Both the position numbers and the translations under genes were made by a program. A stretch of DNA of 64,000 nucleotides, from the NCBI GenBank assembly GCA_903884535.1, contig CAISEZ010000045.1:7832-71831 (forward strand). Reading direction: 5' to 3'. The DNA comes from an uncultured Verrucomicrobia subdivision 3 bacterium (GTDB lineage Bacteria; Verrucomicrobiota; Verrucomicrobiia; Limisphaerales; UBA11358). The notes under the pieces are model-generated. The model ran no database searches and was not told the DNA's origin. It worked only from the letters and a program-made list of their open reading frames with translations. How positions within the stretch are numbered: the stretch's first letter is position 1; every line of letters begins with the position of its first letter. Positions 51,403-61,075 of this stretch are shown one piece after another.

Positions 51403-52542
51403 TTATTTTTTCACACCCTGAAACTGGCGCAAGGCGCAAACCACGTCCAGTCGCGCCAATAAAAAATGCGCCCAGCGCTGCTGGCACCGCTGCCAGAATG
51501 ACTGCGACGCCCGCCAGTGCGGCAGGTCGATCTTCCGGCAATGTTTCAACGTGTCGTCAAAAATTTCCCGCGCGGCGGTGACGGTGGTTTTGTCTTCCCA
51601 CCGCAGCATCAATTCGTAGTTCAACTTGAGGCTGCGCACATCAAAATTAGCGGAGCCGACAAAAACGGCTTGATCCGCGATGGTCAGCTTGGCATGCAGA
51701 ATCTGCGGCTGGTATTCATAAATCTCCACGCCGGCCGCGAGCAGGCGGCGATACAAACTGCGCCCGGCCAGTTGCGCCAACAGCACGTCGGACTTGCCCG
51801 CCAAAATCAATTGCACGCGGCCGCCGCGACGGACTACGCGCAGCAAATCGCGCCGCAATTTTCGCGTCGGCAGAAAATACGCGGTCATGATCCGCACGTC
51901 GCGCGCCTGGACGAAGTCGTGGTGCAGGGCGGAATGAAGTGGGCTGGCCGCCGGACCAGGCCGGCTCCACAGCGACGCGCCGGCGGACAGGACGCGGGAT
52001 TTGCGCCGGCGTTTGAAGGCGCGCAGCCGGAGCAGCGGCCGGCGCCGGAAACTGGCGAGCGTAAATAATTCATCAAACGAGGCGGCCAATTCCCGTATCA
52101 ACTCGCCGGCTTCAATGCGCACGCCGAGGTCGCACCAGCCGCTGTTCACGCCGTCGCCGTCGTATTCATCGGCCAGGTTGAAGCCGCCGATGAAGGCGGT
52201 GGCGCCGTCGCACACGAGCAATTTGCGATGGTCACGCACGCCAAAACGCCAGAGGTGAAGCGGATTGAAACGGCGGACATGGCCGCCGGCGGCGAGGAGG
52301 GGTGCAAAAAACGTGTCGGGCAACGGCCAGCAGCCGAGCGCGTCCACGAGCAGGGAAACATGGACGCCGCGCCGGGCCGCATCCATCAAGGCGTCGCGAA
52401 ATTGCCGGCCAATTTTTCCGTCAGTGCAGATGTAAGTTTCCAGCCGGATGGATTCCCGCGCGGCGCGGATGGCGGCGAGCATGGCCGGGAAGACTTCCCG
52501 GCCGGTGCGCAGCCATTGCACCGACAGCGCGGGGGCGGCCAT
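51403..52542 (-). CDS. Cardiolipin synthase-like phospholipase D (ClsB-type)
   Basis: Two HKD motifs HRKLLVCD and HAKLTIAD, GGFN, GSANFD.RS..LNYE. Probable start ATG 52542. Confidence 0.9.
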   Translation of the reverse strand: MAAPALSVQWLRTGREVFPAMLAAIRAARESIRLETYICTDGKIGRQFRDALMDAARRGVHVSLLVDALGCWPLPDTFFAPLLAAGGHVRRFNPLHLWRFGVRDHRKLLVCDGATAFIGGFNLADEYDGDGVNSGWCDLGVRIEAGELIRELAASFDELFTLASFRRRPLLRLRAFKRRRKSRVLSAGASLWSRPGPAASPLHSALHHDFVQARDVRIMTAYFLPTRKLRRDLLRVVRRGGRVQLILAGKSDVLLAQLAGRSLYRRLLAAGVEIYEYQPQILHAKLTIADQAVFVGSANFDVRSLKLNYELMLRWEDKTTVTAAREIFDDTLKHCRKIDLPHWRASQSFWQRCQQRWAHFLLARLDVVCALRQFQGVKK

Positions 52543-52543
52543 T

Positions 52544-53323
52544 TTATCGGCCGGGAGGCATGCCCATGCCACCGCCCATGGCGCCGCCCACGCCCATTTT
52601 CTTAATCATCTCGGTTTGCATCATGGTCTGCATGCTCTGGTATTTGGTGTAGTCGTCGGGGGCTTCAAAACTGCTGGCGTCGGGCTTGTCCAGGGAAACA
52701 TTTTTGAACAGCATCGTGGTGCTGTTGCCCTGCGCGATGGTCATGATTTTCACCGGGAATTTTTTCAAGTCGGTCGCGTTCCAGATGGTGGATTCCTGCG
52801 CCTTGCCCTCCTTGTCGGTGACAACGACTTTGTTTTTAATGCAGGGGTGGCCGTCCACCGTTTCCTTGCCCAGTTCGGTGACGACGACCTTGTAATCGTC
52901 CTTGCCGGCCTCGGTCGGCGGGGTTTTCGGCGTCGCCTCCACATAGCTGCGCAGGCCGGGATAAACCGTGTAGGTGAGCTTTTTGTCCGGCCGCGAAATG
53001 GAATACATTGTATCCATGCCCATGGCTTTCATGTTGGCGGCGGCGTTGGGCGGCATTTTGCTGCCTTTCATTTCCGACATGTTCATCTCGAAACGCGATT
53101 TGCCGGCATCGAAGGCGATTTTTCCCGGCATGGTGACGGTTCCGCCGGACGATTCGGTGGTTTGAAATTCCAGGTTGGCGGTGAAGGTGGAATGTTCGCC
53201 CAATAATTTCCCCGTCGCGCCGTCGAAACTCGGCCCGCTGGGTGTCCGGCCCATTTGAGCGAACGCCGGGGTCAGGTTCAGGCCAATCAGGGCCGTGGTG
53301 AGGAGTAGGAGATATTTTTTCAT
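52544..53323 (-). CDS. Secreted DUF4412-like protein
   Basis: Signal peptide MKKYLLL...AFA-Q; LGKETVDGHPC.K, FPVKI, FEAPDDY pattern. Confidence 0.75.
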   Translation of the reverse strand: MKKYLLLLTTALIGLNLTPAFAQMGRTPSGPSFDGATGKLLGEHSTFTANLEFQTTESSGGTVTMPGKIAFDAGKSRFEMNMSEMKGSKMPPNAAANMKAMGMDTMYSISRPDKKLTYTVYPGLRSYVEATPKTPPTEAGKDDYKVVVTELGKETVDGHPCIKNKVVVTDKEGKAQESTIWNATDLKKFPVKIMTIAQGNSTTMLFKNVSLDKPDASSFEAPDDYTKYQSMQTMMQTEMIKKMGVGGAMGGGMGMPPGR

Positions 53324-53469
53324 AAGCTTAATTTTGTCTTGTCCTAAATGGCGCATGGCCGCCGCCAAGTCCAGTCAAAATATAATTGAAAATTGGTTAC
53401 CAAAGCGCGGCACACTGCGTCTGCAACGGGAGAAATCAAACCCTGAACCGATTGTTTGCCAATTTTTCT

Positions 53470-55644
53470 ATGCGATTTGCCCGCCTGGCCGGAGCTGTTT
53501 TGTGCTGTTTCCTTACGCCGCTGCTCCACGCGGCCCCGGCGGTCACAGTTTCCCAAAATGACGATTCCTTCACGCTGGCCAACGGCATCGTCACGGCGCA
53601 GGTCGCGAAGCAGTCCGGCAATCTGACATCGCTTAAATTTCACGGCCTCGAAATGCTTGATGCCGGCAACCGCCAGCCGGCTTACTGGTCGCACAACGCC
53701 GCGCGCGGCCAGCAGGAGGCCGCCATCACGATTGATCCGCAGACGAACGGCGGCGAGCGCGGCGAAGTTTCGATCAAAGGCATTTCCGGCGGCAACCAGA
53801 TGGGCAGCGGCCCCGGCGGCAGCGTGATTGCCGACATCGAAATCCGTTTCGCACTCGGGCGCGGCGATTCCGGCGTTTACACCTATTCCATTTTTTCGCA
53901 TCCGACGAATTATCCCGCCACCTCCATCGGCGAGGCGCGGTTTTGCATGAAGCTGAACGACGATTTATTCGACTGGATGACCGTGGATTCCAACCGGAAC
54001 ATGAAAATGATTTCCACCTACGACTGGAACCACGGCACGCAGATGAACGGCAAGGAAATGCGCCGCATGAACAGCGGCTCCTACCAAGGCCAGGTCGAAC
54101 ACAAATACGATTATTCGGCGAACCAGTTTGACGTGCGCGCCTGGGGTTGGTCGAGCAGCGACAAGCATGTCGGCATCTGGCTGGTCAATCCGAGCGTGGA
54201 ATATTTGAGCGGCGGGCCGACGAAATTCGAACTTTCCTCGCACCGCGACGCCACCTTCAACACCAATGCGCTCAATGCACCCGCGCCACCGACACTGTTG
54301 AATTACTGGCGCGGCAGCCATTACGGCGGCAGCATTTGCAACATCGCCGCCACCGACGCGTGGACCAAGGTCATCGGACCATTTCTGATTTATTGCAATG
54401 CCACTGGCGATCACGACTCCATGTGGCACGACGCGCTGGCGCAGGCGGACAAGCAATCGAAAGCCTGGCCATTTGACTGGGTCAACGGCGTGGATTATCC
54501 GCACAAAAACGAACGCGCCACCGTCACCGGTAAAATTGTGCTGAATGATCCGCAGGCACCGAACATGAGCATGAGCAATCTGCTGGTCGGCCTCACTGCG
54601 CCGGATTATGCGCCGGCGGTGATTCCGCGTGGCCGCGGCGCGTTCGGCGGCGGCTTCGGCCCGGCGGGCGGCGGCGAGGATGAAACGAATTACTTGCGCA
54701 ACTTCGGAAATTTCGGCGGCGGCACCAATGGCGATTTCAATGCCACAAATGTCCGGCCGCGCTTCAGCGGCAATTTTACAAACCAATTTGGCACCAATCG
54801 TTTTGCGCGTTTCGGCACGAATGGTTTTCGCGGACGCTTCGGTCGCGGCGGCGGCTTCAACGCCGGCCCGCGCATCGTGGACTGGCAGAACGACGCGAAG
54901 AATTACGAGTTCTGGGTGCGCGCCGATGCCGGCGGAAATTTTTCCATTCCCAATGTTCGGCCCGGCAATTATTCATTGCACGCCATTGCCGACGGCGTGC
55001 TGGGTGACTTGACCGTGACCAACATTTCGGTCGCGTCCGGCAAAACCTTGGCGCTGGGAAAAATTGACTGGCCGCCGGTGCGTTTTGGTCGGCAGCTTTG
55101 GGACATTGGCATTCCCAATCGCAACGGCTCGGAGTTTTCTAAGGGCGACGATTATTTTCACTGGGGTTGGTATCTCGAATATCCGAAGCTGTTTCCGTAT
55201 GACGTGAAATACGTCATCGGTAAAAGCGATTTTCACAAGGACTGGTTCTTCGAGCAGGTGCCTTACAATGATGACACCAACAACCTCACCGGCCGCGGTA
55301 ATGGCAGCGCGACGACGTGGACAGTTGCGTTTAATCTGCCGCAAGCGCCAAAGGGCAAGGCGACTTTGCGATTGGCGATCTGCGGCGTCGGCACCCGCAC
55401 GCTCACGGCGGAAATGAATGATGAGTCCCTCGGCAGCGTGAGCAATCTTGTTTACAACGCCACCATCAACCGCGACGGCATCGGCGGCTATTGGGTCGAA
55501 CACAATCTCGCCTTCGACGCCGCGCTGATGAAATCCGGCAAGAATGTGTTGAGCCTGACCGTTCCCGCCGGCGGTTTGATGAACGGAATTATTTACGATT
55601 ATCTGCGATTGGAGTTGGATGAAAATGCAGTCGCACCTAAATAA
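53470..55644 (+). CDS. Secreted polysaccharide lyase family 4 (rhamnogalacturonan lyase-like)
   Basis: TLANGIV.A, DSGVYTY, VEHKYDYS, NPSVEYLSGGP.K, HYGG, W.KVIGPF.IYCN, WPFDW, Y.FW.RAD..G.F.I..VRPG.Y.L.A, LWDIG.P.R...EF, IIYDYLRLE. Probable start ATG 53470. Confidence 0.9.
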   Translation: MRFARLAGAVLCCFLTPLLHAAPAVTVSQNDDSFTLANGIVTAQVAKQSGNLTSLKFHGLEMLDAGNRQPAYWSHNAARGQQEAAITIDPQTNGGERGEVSIKGISGGNQMGSGPGGSVIADIEIRFALGRGDSGVYTYSIFSHPTNYPATSIGEARFCMKLNDDLFDWMTVDSNRNMKMISTYDWNHGTQMNGKEMRRMNSGSYQGQVEHKYDYSANQFDVRAWGWSSSDKHVGIWLVNPSVEYLSGGPTKFELSSHRDATFNTNALNAPAPPTLLNYWRGSHYGGSICNIAATDAWTKVIGPFLIYCNATGDHDSMWHDALAQADKQSKAWPFDWVNGVDYPHKNERATVTGKIVLNDPQAPNMSMSNLLVGLTAPDYAPAVIPRGRGAFGGGFGPAGGGEDETNYLRNFGNFGGGTNGDFNATNVRPRFSGNFTNQFGTNRFARFGTNGFRGRFGRGGGFNAGPRIVDWQNDAKNYEFWVRADAGGNFSIPNVRPGNYSLHAIADGVLGDLTVTNISVASGKTLALGKIDWPPVRFGRQLWDIGIPNRNGSEFSKGDDYFHWGWYLEYPKLFPYDVKYVIGKSDFHKDWFFEQVPYNDDTNNLTGRGNGSATTWTVAFNLPQAPKGKATLRLAICGVGTRTLTAEMNDESLGSVSNLVYNATINRDGIGGYWVEHNLAFDAALMKSGKNVLSLTVPAGGLMNGIIYDYLRLELDENAVAPK

Positions 55645-55728
55645 CGACCGCAATTCACCGCAAAAATTTTAATGACACTTCGGGTCATGACGTAAACAAT
55701 AAGCGCGTTCGCTTTTGAGTCGCAACGC

Positions 55729-56445
55729 ATGACGATCACGCTTTTCATTCCCTGTTTTGTGGACGCGCTGTTTCCGCGCGCCGGCATCAGCATGGTGCAG
55801 CTTCTCGAAGGACTTGGCCATAAGGTCGTTTGTCCGGAGGAAATTTCCTGCTGCGGCCAGCCGCCGTTCAACTCCGGCTACTGGGGCGAGGCTCGGCCCG
55901 TCGCCGCAAAAGTGCTGGAGCAATTGAAAGATGCCGAAGCTGTCGTCATCGGCTCCGGTTCATGTGGCGCGATGGTGAAGAAATTTTATCCGGAACTGTT
56001 CGCCGGTAAACCGCAGGAAGAACTCGCCAAAAAAATCGCCGCGCGCACCTGGGAGTTTTCCGACTTCATCGTCAGCAAACTCGGCGTGACAGATTTCGGC
56101 GCGAAGTTCCCGCACAAGGTTACGTTTCATGACGGCTGCCACGGCTTGCGTGAGCTCGACATCAAAAAATCACCGCGCGCCTTGCTGGCCAAGGTTCAAG
56201 GTTTGCAACTCGTCGAAATGGCCGAGGCGGAGACTTGCTGCGGTTTTGGCGGCACCTTCGCCGCGAAATTTCCCATGATCTCGACGGCCATGGGCGATGT
56301 GAAGTGCGCCAGCGCCGCCGAGACTGGCGCGGAATACATCGTCTCAAACGACTCAAGTTGTTTGATGCACTTGCAGGGTTTGTTGACGCGTCAAGGCAAG
56401 CCGCTGAAGACGATTCACCTCGCGGAAGTGCTCAACCAAAGATGA
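55729..56445 (+). CDS. lutA: Lactate utilization protein A (YkgE, CCG-domain Fe-S)
   Basis: LFIPCFVD, CCGQP.FNSG, SGSC, FHDGCH.LR, CCGFGGTF, D.SCLMH. Confidence 0.92.
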   Translation: MTITLFIPCFVDALFPRAGISMVQLLEGLGHKVVCPEEISCCGQPPFNSGYWGEARPVAAKVLEQLKDAEAVVIGSGSCGAMVKKFYPELFAGKPQEELAKKIAARTWEFSDFIVSKLGVTDFGAKFPHKVTFHDGCHGLRELDIKKSPRALLAKVQGLQLVEMAEAETCCGFGGTFAAKFPMISTAMGDVKCASAAETGAEYIVSNDSSCLMHLQGLLTRQGKPLKTIHLAEVLNQR

Positions 56446-56458
56446 AGTTTATTTTCAA

Positions 56459-56557
56459 GCCACAGATGCACACAGATTTTCACAGATGGAGAAAGGCCGG
56501 GACAGCGACATTTGAAGCTGATTTTTTTATCTGTGTTAATCTGTGTCCATCTGTGGC
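56459..56557. repeat. Inverted decamer-period micro-repeat element between lutA and lutB
   Basis: CACAGAT at 56461, 56471, 56481; reverse complement ATCTGTG at 56529, 56539, 56549; closes as GCCACAGAT...ATCTGTGGC. Confidence 0.9.
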
Positions 56558-56572
56558 CAAAGTTTTTTCCGC

Positions 56573-57970
56573 ATGAGCACGTTCGCCTCCCAATTTCTCA
56601 AGCAGGCGCGTGTGATGACGGCGGATTTGCGCCATCGTAAAATCATCCGCACGGCGTTGACCAATTACGAGATCGTCCGCGACAAACGTAAGGGCGCATT
56701 TCAAAGCTGGGAATCGGCGCGGCAGGCCGCGGCGGAAACCAAGTGGGAAGCTGTTAATCATCTCGATAAATATCTCGTCGAGCTGGTTTCGAAATTGGAA
56801 GCGCGCGGCACGAAGGTGCATTGGGCAAGCACCGGGGCGCAGGCGAGCGAAATCATTTTGCAAATCGTTCGCGACAAGCAGGCACGCTCGGTCATCAAGT
56901 CCAAGTCCATGACGAGCGAGGAGGTGCATCTGAACGCCGCGCTCGAAAAAGCCGGGCTGGAAGTCGTCGAGAGCGACCTCGGCGAATTCATCATGCAACT
57001 GCGCGATGAGCCGCCGTATCACATCGTCTTTCCCTCGATGCACCTGACGCGCGGCGAGATCAAAGATTTGTTTCAGCGCGAGCTCGGCGACGCGCCATCC
57101 GACAGTCCGGAGGAGCTAACGATGGTCGCGCGGCGCGCGCTGCGGAAAAAATATCTGACGGCGGACATCGGCTTCACCGGCGCGAATTTTGCCATCGCTG
57201 AGACCGGCATGATTTCCATCACGGAAAACGAAGGCAACGCGCGGCTGACTTCGGCGCTACCCAAGACGATGGTTTCGCTGCTGGGCATCGAAAAAGTGTT
57301 GCCGCGACTGGAAGACCTCGCGCTGTTTCTGCCGATGCTCGCGACGGCGGGAACCGGTCAAGCGTTGACCTGTTACAACACGATGTATGGCGGTCCGCGT
57401 CAGCCGGGCGAAAGCGATGGGCCGGAAGAATTTCACGTCATCCTGCTCGACAATCATCGCACTGAGCTTCTTGCGGATGCCGAACAACGTGACGCGTTGC
57501 ATTGCATTCGCTGCGGCGCGTGCCTGAACGCGTGTCCCATTTTTCGCAACGTCGGCGGTCACACTTACGCCACGACTTACAGCGGCCCGATTGGTTCCGT
57601 CATCACGCCGCATCTGCGCGGCTTGCAGGATTGGAAACATCTTTCGAACGCCTCGTCGCTCTGCGGCGGTTGCACCGAGGCGTGTCCGGTGAAAATTGAT
57701 CTGCATCATCATTTGCTGCAAAACCGCCGCAACGCAGCGACGGAGGAGCCGGCTTTCTTCGAGCGGTCGCTGTATCAAATTTTTGGTTTTGTCGCGAATC
57801 GCCCAGCGTTATGGGCGGTTGCCAAAAAGCTCGGACGCTTTGGCCAGCCGTTACAAAATCTGGTGAAAGGCACCGCGCTTGATCCGGCGAAAGCCTGGAC
57901 GCAAACGCGGGATCTGCCGCCGATGCCAAAGGAATCGTTCAAAGACTGGTGGCAGAAAAGAAAAGGATGA
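56573..57970 (+). CDS. lutB: Lactate utilization protein B (YkgF, Fe-S)
   Basis: KSKSMTSEE, ESDLGE.I.QL, TENEGN, CIRCGACLNACP, YSGPIG, SSLCGGC.EACPVKI. Probable start ATG 56573. Confidence 0.94.
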   Translation: MSTFASQFLKQARVMTADLRHRKIIRTALTNYEIVRDKRKGAFQSWESARQAAAETKWEAVNHLDKYLVELVSKLEARGTKVHWASTGAQASEIILQIVRDKQARSVIKSKSMTSEEVHLNAALEKAGLEVVESDLGEFIMQLRDEPPYHIVFPSMHLTRGEIKDLFQRELGDAPSDSPEELTMVARRALRKKYLTADIGFTGANFAIAETGMISITENEGNARLTSALPKTMVSLLGIEKVLPRLEDLALFLPMLATAGTGQALTCYNTMYGGPRQPGESDGPEEFHVILLDNHRTELLADAEQRDALHCIRCGACLNACPIFRNVGGHTYATTYSGPIGSVITPHLRGLQDWKHLSNASSLCGGCTEACPVKIDLHHHLLQNRRNAATEEPAFFERSLYQIFGFVANRPALWAVAKKLGRFGQPLQNLVKGTALDPAKAWTQTRDLPPMPKESFKDWWQKRKG

Positions 57971-57992
57971 AGGCAGAATGAAGAATGAAGAA
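57965..57992 (+). repeat. Heptamer tandem run at the lutB/lutC junction
   Basis: GGATGAA GGCAGAA TGAAGAA TGAAGAA; contains the lutB TGA and an in-frame ATG for lutC. Confidence 0.6.
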
Positions 57993-58685
57993 ACAGTTTT
58001 GAGCGAGCGTGAAAAAATTCTCGCCCGCGTGCGCGAGGCGTTGAAAATTCCGGCGCACGTTCCGGGCGCGCACGGCACGGCGCCGCTGCCGGCGTCCGCG
58101 CATTCGCCGGCCGCCGATGCGCGCAGCTGGTTGCCAAAAGTCGGCGACAGTTTTGCGGAACAACTTGCCTTGTTTCAATCCACGGCCGCCGAGTTGAAAG
58201 CGGAAGTTCAAATGGTTGCGAGCCGGGACGCGGTGAAAGCCGCGCTCGCCAAAATGGCGTCGGACGGAAATTGGAAGCGCATCGCGACGCACAAGGGCGA
58301 GTTGACGGATTTTGCCACCGCTGACCTGGGCTTGCCAATTTGTCGCACCGAAGGAGGTTACGACGTGCAAGAAATGGAAGCGTGTGATGCTGGCATCACC
58401 GAGTGCGACGCGCTGGTCGCACAGACCGGCAGCGTGCTGGTGACGAGTCTGAGCGCGGGCGGACGCGGTTTATCCGTGCTGCCGCCGCATCACGTGGTTA
58501 TTGCGCGACGTGAGCAACTGGTCGCGGATTTGCCAGCGGCGTTTGCATTGGTGCAAAAGAAATATGCGCCCCATTTTCCGAGCATGATTTCCTTCATCAC
58601 CGGCCCGAGCCGCACCGGTGACATTGAACGCATTTTGGTGCTCGGCGCACACGGTCCGAAGAAACTAACGATTCTTTGTTTTTAA
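57978..58685 (+). CDS. lutC: Lactate utilization protein C (YkgG, LUD domain)
   Basis: REKILARVR.AL, GIT.C..LVAQTGS, R.LS.LPP.H, ITGPSRTGDIE..LVLGAHGP. Start ATG 57978 or TTG 57999. Confidence 0.92.
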   Translation: MKNEETVLSEREKILARVREALKIPAHVPGAHGTAPLPASAHSPAADARSWLPKVGDSFAEQLALFQSTAAELKAEVQMVASRDAVKAALAKMASDGNWKRIATHKGELTDFATADLGLPICRTEGGYDVQEMEACDAGITECDALVAQTGSVLVTSLSAGGRGLSVLPPHHVVIARREQLVADLPAAFALVQKKYAPHFPSMISFITGPSRTGDIERILVLGAHGPKKLTILCF

Positions 58686-58772
58686 GAATGGAACTAGCAG
58701 TCGCCGAAATAATGCCGGAACAACAGCCCCGTTCAGCGCGACTGCCGCAGGTGCAACTCCGGTGATTTTTTT

Positions 58773-59470
58773 TGGCGAAAAAACAGTTTGCTTCTAAATG
58801 ACGGCGGCAATGTTTCAGGCTCTCAATCCATGACCTTGACATTGATTGGCGTTGTTGGCGCGGATACCGGCGGATATTCCTGCATCGTGACCAATGCTTA
58901 CGGAAGCGTGACAAGTTCAGTTGCCAATTTAACGGTTGTTGATCCTTTGATTTTAATCCGACCAACGAACCAGACAGTTAATCTCGGAAATGACGCGGCG
59001 TTTTCAATAACTTGCATTGGAACATTGCCGCTGTCCCTCAATTTTGGACGACAACATTTGATTGCCCGTCTGACGGCGTAAATTATTTTGGATTGGGGAA
59101 CGGGCAAAATATCGGAAATATGTGGAAGTTGCCGAATATCGCTTTGCTAACCACGGCGAGTATTCGCATAAGAGGGTTCGAGACTGGTGGTCAAACAACG
59201 GGTCATGGTGGTATTTTGAAACGAATACTCCAGCGATTTCTCAAAGCCCGCCAGCAATTTTTAGCAATAGCGCGATTTATCAATCTGCTTCAAATCTGTT
59301 CGGTTTCACATATTCTGGCAGTGTCGGACAAATGCTTGTGATTAGGCTCGACCCATTTGATCAATTGGACACCGTTGGCAACCAATCCGGCTGATGGCCG
59401 CCAATTTTATTTCAGTGACCCGATTTCAACAAACCTTTCGGCCCGTTTTTACCGGGCACGTTTGTATTGA
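58773..59470 (+). pseudogene. Frameshifted, 5'-truncated remnant of a secreted Ig-domain protein
   Basis: Successive frames give WRKN..LNDGGNVSG...YSCIVTNAYGSVTS, IRIRGFETGG, NNGSWWYFET...FGFTYSGSVGQ, GSTHLINWTPLATN...FYFSDP...RFYRARLY-TGA; no start or signal peptide. Confidence 0.8.
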
Positions 59471-59497
59471 CGAATCGGCACCTCTGCGTTGAAAAAC

Positions 59498-59526
59498 AAT
59501 TCGCGTTAATTCGTGAAATTCGTGTC
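59498..59526. repeat. Single-arm 9/10-bp periodic micro-repeat
   Basis: AATTCG(C/T)G at 59498, 59508, 59517, immediately downstream of the msrA stop. Confidence 0.65.
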
Positions 59527-59536
59527 AAACCTGAAT

Positions 59537-60205
59537 TCACTTCGTCGTCTGCGGCGTTTGCTGAATGATTTTTTTCTTCTCCAGCTTTTCCAGTTTCGGC
59601 GCGATGACCACCTGGCAATAGCTCTGGCTGGAATTATTGTCGTAATATTCCTGGTGATAATCCTCGGCGATATAAAATTTCTTGAGCGGCACAATTTCCG
59701 TCACGATGGGATGGTGGAAATCCTTTTGCGCTTCCAGCTTGGATTTTTCCGCGAGCAGCTTCTGCTTCTCGTCGCGATACAAAATGATCGAGCGATACGA
59801 CGTGCCTTCGTCCGCGCCCTGACGATTCAGCGTGGTCGGGTCGTGCGCCTGCCAAAATATTTCGAGCAGTTTGGCGTAAGAGATTTTCGCCGGATCAAAC
59901 TCAATCTCCGTCACCTCGGCGTGGCCGGTCGTCTCGGTGCAGACTTCGCGGTAAGTCGGATTTTCCGTGGTGCCGCCGGCGAAGCCGATCTTCACCGAAA
60001 CCACGCCGGGCAGCCGTTCAAACACGGCTTCCATGCACCAGAAACAGCCGCCGCCCAGATCGGCAAATTCGGTTTTATTTGTCGCCGGCATTTTCGGTTC
60101 GGGATTATTCATGGCTGAATTGGTGGGTTGAGTCGGTTGATCCGCGCGTGAGCAAGAGACGGTGAGTGCGCTGATGGCCAGCAGGGCAAAAAAAATTTGT
60201 TTCAT
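59537..60205 (-). CDS. msrA: Exported peptide-methionine (S)-S-oxide reductase
   Basis: GGGCFWCME, TGHAEV, HDPTTLNRQG.D.G..YRS, FY.AEDYHQ.Y; signal with LTVSC (possible lipobox). Confidence 0.96.
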   Translation of the reverse strand: MKQIFFALLAISALTVSCSRADQPTQPTNSAMNNPEPKMPATNKTEFADLGGGCFWCMEAVFERLPGVVSVKIGFAGGTTENPTYREVCTETTGHAEVTEIEFDPAKISYAKLLEIFWQAHDPTTLNRQGADEGTSYRSIILYRDEKQKLLAEKSKLEAQKDFHHPIVTEIVPLKKFYIAEDYHQEYYDNNSSQSYCQVVIAPKLEKLEKKKIIQQTPQTTK

Positions 60206-60259
60206 AGCAATGTCTCCGGTTTGGTCGCGCGGACGATTGAAACCTTATATCAACTTTCA

Positions 60260-60472
60260 TCATTCTACTTCCGGCTTGTCGAGGTAATCGCCGGGCGGCA
60301 GGTCGGCGAATTTTTCAAAATGCTCCGGCTTGAGCGGTTCGGAAATGGCGTGCTCGGCGTTGAACCACTTGCCGAGATCCACCAGCTTGCAACGCTCCGA
60401 GCAAAACGGCCCGAACTTGCCCGCGAACCAGTCGCCCGGCTTTTTACAAGTTGGACATTTGACCGGCCGCAT
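60260..60472 (-). CDS. yacG: DNA gyrase inhibitor YacG
   Basis: VKCPTCKK...[16 protein letters not shown]. Confidence 0.92.
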   Translation of the reverse strand: MRPVKCPTCKKPGDWFAGKFGPFCSERCKLVDLGKWFNAEHAISEPLKPEHFEKFADLPPGDYLDKPEVE

Positions 60473-60475
60473 GAC

Positions 60476-61072
60476 TCACTGGGTTTCAGCGGCCATCGCC
60501 TTGAAGTCGGCGGTGACACTGGCGATATTCTCCGGTGCCACGCTGGCGTCGGTCAAAATTTTTCCCGCGTCATCCGCCATCATCTTTTGCTGCGCCGCCG
60601 TCAAATGCGCGCCGTTGAAAACCGCGTGGACATCGCGCGCCAATTTTTGCCGCTGCGCCGGCGTTAGTTTTTTCCCGCTGACGGCGGTTATCAAATCCTC
60701 GGCAAATTTTTTGACGTTCGTCACCGCCGGTTTGGTGCCTTGCGCCGCCGCGGATAAGTGATTCAGCAAAGAAACATTCTGTGTCGCATCTGGAACCGCA
60801 TGGGTGGATTCACTGAACGCCGCCAGATCGGCGCGTAAATCGGCGATGTTTTGCATCGTCGCCGCCAGCGCAGGATTCACTGGTGCGGCGCTGGGCGCTG
60901 GGGCGGCGGCGGCAGCCGCAGCGGGCGGCGCGGTTTGCTGGGCGATGCGCTGCTGTTCCGCGGCATTCTGGTCGCTCGTGCGCCGGGCCTGCTGCTTGGC
61001 CATCACATACGGATCGGCCAACGCGGTTCCCACGGCAAACAGCGTGCAGAAAAGTGTGGTGCTAATTTTCAT
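60476..61072 (-). CDS. Secreted alpha-helical hypothetical protein
   Basis: Signal peptide, Ala/Pro linker, fits tightly between prc and yacG. Confidence 0.8.
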   Translation of the reverse strand: MKISTTLFCTLFAVGTALADPYVMAKQQARRTSDQNAAEQQRIAQQTAPPAAAAAAAPAPSAAPVNPALAATMQNIADLRADLAAFSESTHAVPDATQNVSLLNHLSAAAQGTKPAVTNVKKFAEDLITAVSGKKLTPAQRQKLARDVHAVFNGAHLTAAQQKMMADDAGKILTDASVAPENIASVTADFKAMAAETQ

Positions 61073-61075
61073 GGC

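Noticed and set aside
50511-52542. CBASS/Pycsar-like defence pair (cyclase plus phospholipase)
   Set aside because: Genes are convergent, the PLD looks like an ordinary ClsB-type enzyme, and the cyclase is FHA-fused with no cyclic-nucleotide-binding effector nearby.
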